Assembly: GCA_050273025.1 (NCBI GenBank)
Contig: CP158636.1
Coordinates: forward strand, 8,928,001 to 8,992,000
Direction of reading: 5' to 3'
DNA from: Cenococcum geophilum
Lineage: Eukaryota
DNA: 64,000 bases
In this document: positions 55,085-64,000 of the stretch, one piece after another
Layout: each line of letters begins with the position of its first letter
How positions within the stretch are numbered: the first letter of the stretch is position 1
Notes under the pieces: generated by a model
Database searches by the model: none
The model's input: only the letters and a program-made list of their open reading frames with translations
What the model was told of the DNA's origin: nothing
Made by a program: the position numbers and the translations under genes

Positions 55085-57805
55085 AAAACCTTTACCGCAC
55101 ATGCAACCTTACTAAAAGGTAGCGTCACACTTTAAAACTTACGTATACCCATCTTACTATCAAAAACAATCGATTTTCTAACTTTTAAGACTTAATTCCT
55201 ACTGCCTAGCGAGCTAGAGGTGGATTTATTTGTCGTTTTACCCCCTTTCCCCTAACAGAAAATTCTTCTTAGGGGTGGTCCTAGCTTATAAGCGAGGCAT
55301 AGACAGGAATACTAAAACTAAATACTAATACCACGAAATATAGAGGCTAGATTTTCTATTACCTTTTAGCCTAATCTCCCCAGAAATCTTCTAGTAGGAT
55401 TAGTAAGGAGAAAGGGTATAAGGATAGTAAAAACTAGAAAACCCTTTTATAAGATATAAAATGCCAAGGCCTAATAGGTCTAAAAAAAAACCTCCTATAG
55501 AAATAAGTGATGAGGATTCTATATCTACTTTTTCTCCCTATTCTTCTTCTCCTAGCCCAGTTAGGATAGGAGAAAAAAGAGGACATCCTTAGTCTTCTCC
55601 TGAAAAAGAAAACTAAAAACCTGCAAAAAAGATAGATAGATAGATAGATCAATTCTATTACGCTGTTGCGGTTCCTTAAGGTCCATACAGCGGTTCTATA
55701 GAGCGCTATTCTCTACAGAGGAGGAAACCAGCATACTGGGAAAAACCTCCTCCTAGAACTGGCTAGTCGAACCAGTATACTATATACAGATGCCTCCTCC
55801 CACTGTTAGTGGACCAGTGTAGCCAATAGCTAAGGTGTACACTACTAAGCACAATTTTTAGTTATATTATTATAAACTCCCCCTAGCCGTGACCAATAGT
55901 ATATCCCTGCCCCACTGTTGCGATAGATAGCGCCCTCACCGACATTCTTTACCGCCCCGTTGCGCGCCATACTAAGACTAGGGGTTAGTTGCTTCTATTA
56001 CCGTTACAAGCCAATAGGCCTATTTTTTTAGCGCTGGTAAGCGCCCTTTAGCCATCTTAATACTGCAGATGGTAGCGCCTGTATACCCTTTTGAGATTTA
56101 TGTGGAGAGTAAAAAGCCATAGGAAAGAAAAGGGCTGTAGGATTCGAACCTACGACCTTCGCGGTCACCACTCCGCGTCAGACTTCCCGATAGCATATCT
56201 CTACCACTGCGCCATCGCCCCTGCAAAAAAGATAATAAAACCAATAACTACTATGGATAGTATGCCTAGTATACCTTCCTCTTCCCTTACTCCGGAAGAA
56301 CATCTATATAAGGCTTTAAGAAGCCTAATCTAGGCCTATAAAGGGCTAGAAGGAGAAGAATAAGAAGAATAAGTTGGATAGCTAGTGGACTATACACAAA
56401 ATATCCTAATAGGAAAAAACCCCTTTGCAAAAGAAGAAGAAGAAGAAGAAAAAGAAGAAGAGGTAAAAGAGGTCCTAAAAGGACTAGTAGAAGAAGTAAG
56501 AGCTCTCTATAAGGAGGTGGCTCCTATTAAAGAAACTTACGCAGAGAGGCTAAAGAAGGACCTCCCCCCTTCTTTATCCTCCCTACCCTCCTTATTACTA
56601 CCTTTTACCCCTTCTCCTTCTAGTAGAAGTTCTACTTCTACTAAAAGTAAGAAAAAGCAGCTATAAGAAAGGAAGCTAGTCCTAATTACGGACGAAAAGG
56701 ACTAACCTTTAGATACCTTCTCTATACGAAACAAAGTCAATTAACTATTTGCATTAAAACTGTAAGTAAAAAAGCTAGTACTAGCGTTAATAGCTAGAAC
56801 TAAAGCAAAATAAAATATTCTCCTTATAACTATAGAAGAGTATAATGCAGATTTCCTAGTCAAGTATAAGGAGATCTGGCATAAATGCTTTACCTTTTAA
56901 AGAAAACAAAAATTAGAACCATGGGTTTAAATTGTAGCCCACGGGGTTCCTACTCTACCTTTCCTAAGAGAAGGAGGCTCTAAGCTTCTAAAAGAAGAAA
57001 TTGAGACCTTTAATCCTATAAGGATATAAGGACTACCTAGATGGATCTTATTTAGCGAAAAAAAAAACACAATCCACAGACTAGATTTGGCTCTATAGTT
57101 TTTACTATAGAAAATGAAGAAAAAAGACAAGAAATCCTTAAGTAAAAAGAGATATTAATTGTAGGTACAGCTACTAAGGTAGTAAAATACCTCGAAGTCT
57201 CTCCGACTACGCAGTGTACTAGCTGCCAAAAATTTGGCCATATAGGAGATAGATGCTCTACTAGAGCCTATAGATTTTGTGCAGCTGTATATTTATCTAA
57301 AGACTACTCCTGTTTTACCTATGTAATAATGGGCAAGCCTTACCAGCATACTACCCCTCTTTGCATTAACTGTAAAGAAAACCACTTTGCGAATAGTAAA
57401 GACTGTAAGGTTCTAAAAGCAGCTAAGCTAGTAGGTAGTACTAGCTTAGAGGGTTCTATGGAAGAATAAAATAAAACAAATAGGATTTTAGAAGGAGGTA
57501 ACTCCTACTAGGCTCTTAGTAAAAAGATAGTAGAGAGCGAAAGGATAGAAATAAATTGCAAAAGGACAGGGACAGGTGTTAGGATTTCTTATAGTTTTTC
57601 CTACTGTTTTCTCATTTCCTAGTAGTTGTAGTACCTTAGTATTTTACCAAGAAGCTATAAACTCCTAAGGGTTTATAAACTATTAGGATATAGCTACTAG
57701 TACATATTAAGCTGCCTAGAAAGGGTTTATGTATATAAAACTATAGCGCTATAGCCTAAAGGCTGCATGCGCAGTATTATATATAGTATAATACAACGGA
57801 CCTAA

Positions 57806-57809
<4 letters not shown>
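55085..57809 (+). mobile_element. Internally deleted (ORF1-only) derivative of the same Tad-like LINE family
   Basis: ORF1 ~56253-57469 with knuckles (QCTSCQKFGH, CINCKENH) joined straight to the ~330-bp LINE 3' end and a short A-tail; candidate TSD (TA)nTGCATA at 55069-55084 and 57830-57845. 5' boundary uncertain. Confidence 0.8.
56128..56222 (-). pseudogene. tRNA-like / Pol III unit inside the LINE leader
   Basis: A box TGGCGCAGTGG (56214-56204), perfect T-arm GTAGG-TTCGAAT-CCTAC, partial acceptor stem, TTTT directly downstream; D and anticodon arms not canonical. Confidence 0.7.

Positions 57810-57840
<31 letters not shown>
57810..57840. repeat. (TA)n microsatellite
   Basis: About 15 TA units followed by an alternating purine/pyrimidine tract. 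Confidence 0.95.
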
Positions 57841-57843
<3 letters not shown>

Positions 57844-58660
57844 TATGCGTGCGCGTATACGTATACGTTAGGTTGCGTGCACTACGCCTATTAAGACCCT
57901 CCTGTGAGTCACCTGCGACTATAGGTCGAACGCCATAGGGCCGTTAAAGCTGGCCTGTGTTTCCGCTGCCTAGAGCTTTGCCCATATTTCCACCTTATTA
58001 AGCCGTCTGGTCGCCGTCGCGTCGCTATTGCGTCGCTGTCGCGTCTGATGTCCAGGTCGCGCGCACCACGCCTACTAAGACCCTCTTCTGAGTTACCTGG
58101 GTGTACTGGATACCAGATAGGCCCTTATAGAGGGGCCTTAACGAGTTCTCTAGGCAGGGCCTTAATAAGTTCTTTACGGTAGCCTTGGGGCCTTAATAAG
58201 TTTCGTACAAGGTATCTGTAACGCGTTAACCTTAACAAGTTCTTATAAAAAGGGTTTCCCTACGCCCTTGCCTTGCGATCTTAGAGCTAGTGCAAGCCCA
58301 AAGGTGTCCTATTGTACGACTAGGGCGCGTCCACGTCTGCTAGCTAGATAAGGCCAGTTTCGGGCCTAGCTATAAGCTAGGTAGTCGTACATCGGGTGGT
58401 TTTCGTATCCCAGTTTCCCTTAATGGCCCCCCTAGATGGTAGAGCAGGAGCCCCAGGCGGGGGCAGTAGGTCTCCTGGTGTTAAGGGCGATGCATCGTAC
58501 GCGTCGCAGGCTCATCACCACAGAACCGCGACAACAGCGCGCTGCACGCGCTGCGGCGGCTCCCTACCATCGCCTCTGCACTTGGCCATCATAAGAAACG
58601 AATTCCTGATGATGTTTCCACCCGCGGCGACGTGGACGCGTGCAGTAGGGCTTCGCGGGC
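57841..58660 (-). other. GC-rich spacer with subrepeats, probable rDNA IGS
   Basis: ~45-bp repeat at ~57875 and ~58058; four CCTTAAYRAGTT subrepeats at 58133-58243; ends at the 11-bp TSD. Confidence 0.45.
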
Positions 58661-61231
58661 ATATTTAAGTTCCTTCTTAGGAAGAAAGAGTAGAGTAAGC
58701 TTTAGATAATATTAGCGACTTAGTTAATTAAGGTATGAGTATAGTAAAAGGGACGTGTAAGCCTATACGATTAGATTGTCTATAAACGAGAATCTAAAGC
58801 TAGGGAAAGGAAAGGAGAAGAAGAGTAGCGCCGTTCGGTATTTTATAAGATCTTTGCGTCACGTAACCGCAATATACGGCAATCTGTAGCAACTTACTAG
58901 TGCGAAGTTTTACTAAGTTCTGTTAGTGCCGTAATAGACTAAAGGTAAAGATTTAGTAACGGTTCCGGATATACTATAGACGAGATAATAGAAAAGACCC
59001 TATAAATTAAAACCATAAGGTTAAGTATAGGCATTAAGAATAAAAACGTTTTACTATTATAATAGGGATCCTAGAACCCTATAAGGGGAAGCCTATAAAA
59101 TTTATAAGAGAACTACTAGGAATACTATTTGGAAGAGACACTATTTAAGAATAAGCAGTAGTAATATAAGAAAAGGTCTTAGGGATTTAAAAGGACCCCC
59201 TAGAGATAAAAAGGGAGTATTTAGTCTAGCACTAGAGATACGTAATAGAGTTAATAGTATAGAGAGGAGTAAAAAAACAGCCTATAAAGAATTAAATCTT
59301 TTTAAGAAATTATAAAGTACCTATAGGAATACTATCCGTTTATTATATATAGGGATTATAGTAGTGCACTATCTTTATATAAATTGTTACTAAAGCTTAG
59401 AATAAAGGCATCCCTAAAATATAAAGTTAATTCCTAATAATAGGGTATTCTAAAGGTATCTAAAAAGCACTATATAAAGCTATTTTATAAAAAGAAGAAA
59501 AGAACTAAATAATAACTTAAATATTAGTAGCAGTAATAGGAGCCTCCTCTTCTATCTTAATGTTATTATTAACGGTATTATTAGCACTTTTATTAATATT
59601 CTTCTTAAAATAACGGGAACTAGAAGGACTAGTATAGGCGGGAAACTAGCAAGGAGGACATTTATCTAGACATTTATTACTATCCTTAGTATCCTTAGGC
59701 TCTAAATTAGTATTTAAGTAGGGATCTAAAAGCCGTTAGCTAAGAGAATTAGTATAGTTTCTAAATATATTACTAGAGAAACTTACCTAGCTAAAAAGGA
59801 CCGCGTAAGAGTGCGAATGTTATTATTTATAAGGGTACGCTACTCGTATATGTGCTCTTAGACACTATATATCTAAGATTATTATATCTCTATAGTAGTA
59901 GAAACTCTTATTAAATTAAAGAGCTTATAAGTAAGGGTAAATACCTTCTATCCTTATCTATTACTATTTAGATATAGGTGGAAATCCTAAATAGCGCGCT
60001 AGAGCTTATAAGTCTCACGCGTATAAATAGCCGGGATTTAATATAATTAGTGAAATTTAAAATAGGATAGAATAGAAAGTACTAGAATATAGGTTTTTCT
60101 TCTACTATAGTAATAGGAATACTTAAATTTATTTTTATTAAAGTAAGATATCTTATAGGCGTGGGATAGGTCTAGCGTAAGTACGTAAATGTAATAATAG
60201 TAGTACTTTAGAGAGATTACTATAGGAGTAATAGAGGAGGTCTAGGGTAGTATTAAAATAACACTACCACTAATTTAAGGACGTGTAGTATAACCTTAAG
60301 CTATTATAAGAGAATACTATAAGAAGTTAGTATTATTAATAGAGACAAAATAGGGATCCTATTACTTATAAATGTATTATAAAAAGAGAATAAAGCAGTT
60401 ATAAAAGAATAGCTAGAGATATAGAAGCTAAAAGTTAAAATATAGAGAAAATAGTCTACTAAAAAAATAAGATAAATGGTATTGTTAATAAAAATACGTA
60501 TAAGAGATAATAGCTTATAAAATAAAAGAAAATTAAAATAAAGACGTTATTATTAAAACTTATTTTAGGTAAATAGGGATAGTAGTTTATAAACGCATTA
60601 TATAGGATAACCTCTAGATTAACTTATAACAAACTCTTATAATAAGAAAGGTAAATCCTATCTAATTTTTATTATTATTATTTTAGTTCTATTATAAAGG
60701 TATTATAAGGAGCTATAGTAGAAAAAGAGTAGAGGAGCTAAAGATAAAGTAAGGTTCTATACTAGTAAAGAACTACTTATAAGCCATATTATAGAGTACC
60801 TTTCTACTAAGAATTTTCCTTAGTGGTTTTAGCTGAAACTTTATAAAAGCTTAGTAAAAGCGAAGTCTTAAAGAACTAAGACCCTTAAAGGGGAGGCAAT
60901 TATAACGGAATCCCCTAAAAGGTATATATTAGATAAGACAGTAGGAGGCTTTATCTATATTCTATCTATATTTTATCTACGTTTTAGATAACATAGTTAG
61001 ATAAATAAGGAGTAAAGGGTTTTACTAGTGTCTTAAAAGGATTATATAGGGAAGCTAGTTCTCCTCTAGAGAAAAACTAGTAATTAGTCTCTAAATAAAA
61101 GAGGTTGAAAAGCATTTATCCTTTATTACATGAAGATTATTCTACCTTAACTTATCTTCTACTTACCTGTAACTCTTATTCTATACTATTAATTAGATAA
61201 TTATACATTCCGGTTAGACTGGCCTCTTATA

Positions 61232-61660
61232 GTAGGGTCTCATTTCATTATACTGCCTAAGCTCTTACTACCTTCTAAGACTAATGAGCTTTCTTAAAAG
61301 TTTTATAAACTGTTAAAATGGAGACTTAGGCATTAAACTCGTTAAATAGGAAGTCCTACATCTTATCTAAATACACAGTCAGCCGGTCTTTAAGGAAGTT
61401 AAAAAGCCTCTATAGAACTAATTAGTAAAACCAGTTAGTAAAAAGCTTAACGCTATAACGTTATATATTACCATTTCTTAGTAAGGCAGTAGAGCTCTCG
61501 GTCGCCCAAGAATAACAGTAAAAGGCCTTACCTCCTTAAGGATTTATCTCTCTTACTAATTTATTCTATTCCACAATTGTATCCTTATAGCGCCCTATTT
61601 ATAAAGTCCCCTTATTAGTAGATCGTTAAGGACCTATTTAATATTTTTAGATTAGAGGTG
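61232..61660 (-). pseudogene. Tc1/IS630-like transposase relic, N-terminal HTH part
   Basis: LGRPRAL, probable short intron, then FL.DRPTVYLDEMQDFLFDEF..VS.STV..TLK..WSRK after reverting RIP. Upstream end approximate. Confidence 0.75.
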
Positions 61661-62027
61661 GTTTTATATATTAATACTAAACATTAGCCAGTCTTCCTAT
61701 TTAATAAGTTTTTAAATAGAGGCTTCAGCGGTATATTTGTCGCTTACATTAGCGGGGCTTTATATTATAGGTAGTTTATAGTTAGTAGTCTATAGGCCTT
61801 ATTAAAATTATATTATTAAATTGGTTTCCTTTATAAAAAGTGTTTATATAGTATAGGTTTTTAACTTAATATATTCCTTAGCTGGTATAGGCAGTTCTAA
61901 TAAGCTTCTTTTAATCCGCTACTAATACGGATATTATAAAGCTTTATTCTTAAAACTTTATTATTCTACAATAATAATAGTAAGGTTGTTTACTAGTAAA
62001 AGGTCCTCCTAAGCCTCTAATACCGCT

Positions 62028-64000
62028 TATTACGGACCTTATATTAGCAGTAATAGAACTACTAAAAAGAGATATAAATAGGTTAGTTAGAATAGTATAA
62101 GAGGTAGCTAAGTTATATAGTTAGTTACGTTATAAGTTTGGAATATAAAAACGTAGGATATACCAACATACTAACGTACTAACGTATTTAGTATATTTCT
62201 TAGGCGTAGTATTATATATTTATAGGACTATAGTCCCTACTTAAATAGTTCTCTTTTTATACGTCAGGAAAAAATTTAGCAGCATTTTGCCAGCATTTTT
62301 AGCATTTCGCAGCATTTCGTAGCATTTAAAACAGACCATACGCATTAAGCAGCATCTAGGCAGCTATATATATATATTATATATAAAAAATTTATTTTTA
62401 GATAGATAATTAGATATAGTATATTATATAATAATTTTTTTTATAAATTACTTATAAATTACGTAAGTTATTCTACTTCTAAAAAAAAGTTTAAATTTTT
62501 TTAAATTTTTTTTAAAAAGTAGAATAACTTACGTAATTTATAAGTAATTTATAAAAAAAATTATTATATAATATACTATATCTAATTATCTATCTAAAAA
62601 TAAATTTTTTATATATAATATATATATATAGCTGCCTAGATGCTGCTTAATGCGTATGGTCTGTTTTAAATGCTATGAAATGCTGCGAAATGCTAAAAAT
62701 GCTGGCAAAATGCTGCTAAATTTTTTCCTGACGTAGTTAATCTATTAGGTAACCTACTCTACTAATTATATTTATATTATTAACTATTCTATACCTATAT
62801 ACCTAGCCTACTAATAAGTTTACCATAATATTCTCTATAAGGCTTTGTTATATATTTACTACTATAACTATAGTAGGGAAAGTTAAATAATATATACTAT
62901 TTAAAGCAGTAGCTATAACGCTATCTATAATAGCAACTACTTTAGGATTAGGAGGATATACTAGCATAAGGGATAATAACTTATAGATAGTTATAATAAA
63001 TTAGTTAAGAAGTGTTATAGAATAAAACAATACTAATAATTAGGTACTACTTTAGCAACTATAAAATATAAAGAGGGAAAAGATTAAGATACTATTAATT
63101 AAAAGGTTTATAGGAGAAAAATATAAGCTAAAAGGATTCCTTATATAAATAAGACTAAAACTCTAATAAAAGGGACAAAGTTAGTAAAACTAGAATATTA
63201 AGTTATATATATAGGGCTATTCTTAATAGGTAGAGTATCAGAGTAGTTTAGACCTTATCTTGCGGAGATATAGGCTAATATATTAGAAACTACTAACTTA
63301 GAGGTGTGGTATATATTCTTAAACTAGGAAGAATTTACTAGTAGATTAATATAGATATATAAAGATCTGGAATTAATAGTAATAGCTAAAGGAAAGCTAT
63401 ATTAGCTTACGTAAAGGGGATTAGTAATAAACTATATAATACAGTTTAAAATACTAATAGCGCAGACTAAGTAGAACTAAAGAGCGTTAATAGTATTGTA
63501 TAGAAAGGGACTAAAGGCTAAAGTTTAAGCTACTATAATACTAATTGACGATTTAAGTGATATAAGAGAGCTAATTAAATAAGCTATTAAAATAGATAAC
63601 TAGCTATACTAAAGCAGTAAGTTTAGTAGAATATAGTAGGGACTAATATATATAAAGAAGGCAATATAGTAAGTGTTTAAATTATAGTATAGCGTAGAGT
63701 TAATAGACCTAAGTAGTATTAAAGAAACTAAGAAAGATAGAAGACTATAGAAACCTAAAGGGTAAGAATTAAGTAATTAAAGACTTAAGAAGTAAAGGCT
63801 AAACTAAGGATCTTAATAGTAGAAGATATTTAAGCGGACTCTATAATAAGACTAGTGGTTTAAAGATAGAGTTTGTATAAACTATAGAATTTTTTTTTTA
63901 CTAAAGACTATAGAAGTATTTAGAGTAACTACGTAGTAAAGAAAACTAGACTAGTAAATAATATATATATATAGAGAGAAATAATAATATGCTACAAGGA
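62028..64000 (+). mobile_element. Gypsy G: diverged D-related element (5' LTR 62028-62852 and gag), runs off the window
   Basis: LTR ends tattacggac / gttata like D; gag colinear with 27790-28930. Confidence 0.85.
62260..62735. mobile_element. 476-bp foldback/MITE-like palindrome inside the G LTR
   Basis: TACGTCAGG...CCTGACGTA ends (TA TSD), ~236-bp arms with only a few mismatches, ~4-nt loop. Confidence 0.9.

Larger units (their letters stand above)
15463..58936 (-). mobile_element. Gypsy A' (chromovirus), expanded to 43.5 kb by nested insertions
   Basis: 227-bp LTRs 15463-15689 and 58710-58936; exact TSD GACTA (15458-15462, 58937-58941); minus-strand PPT at ~15690-15705; gag-pol relic at ~15820-20925 plus 35586-35810. 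Confidence 0.93.
5073..61231 (+). mobile_element. Gypsy B (chromovirus), outermost LTR element of the nest
   Basis: 331-bp LTRs at 5073-5403 and 60901-61231; PPT AAAGGGGAGGCAAT before the 3' LTR; TSD ataga/gtagg (differ only by G>A). Confidence 0.9.

Noticed and set aside
55805..55885. Second tRNA-like start (ACCAGTGTAGCCAATAGCTAAGG)
   Set aside because: A-box-like only; no convincing B box or stems.
5545..57130. Short ORF-track entries as functional genes
   Set aside because: They are stop-free remnants or antisense frames of RIP-degraded TE genes; none is an intact protein.
58396..58668. 90-aa ORF
   Set aside because: GTG start, chance ORF in GC-rich sequence, runs across the TSD.

Overview
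Filamentous-ascomycete DNA. One intact-looking 3-exon host gene (DUF3632-like, 762-1673) borders ~62 kb of AT/TpA-rich transposon debris carrying the C>T/G>A signature of repeat-induced point mutation (RIP). Paired LTRs and target-site duplications (TSDs) resolve the block into a nest. A Tc1/IS630-like relic hosts Gypsy B (5073-61231), which holds a 101-bp solo LTR, a Ngaro-type tyrosine-recombinase retrotransposon (7451-12345) and Gypsy A' (15463-58936). A' holds Gypsy C (containing Gypsy D) and a 22.8-kb LINE-type insertion (35811-58660): a 5'-truncated Tad-like LINE fused to probable rDNA 5'ETS/IGS, itself hit by a GalEa-like Copia, Gypsy D' and an ORF1-only LINE derivative. A 476-bp palindrome sits in a further LTR near the right end. 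Best leads: (1) a fixed-spacing 'palindrome + CTAATTAGT' module present five times in the 3' non-coding regions of four different retroelement families; (2) an intron-containing antisense Cys6/coiled-coil gene in Gypsy D/D'; (3) the LINE-rDNA chimera; (4) an antisense tRNA-like Pol III unit in a LINE leader. Protein calls come from manually reverting RIP changes; no database search was run.
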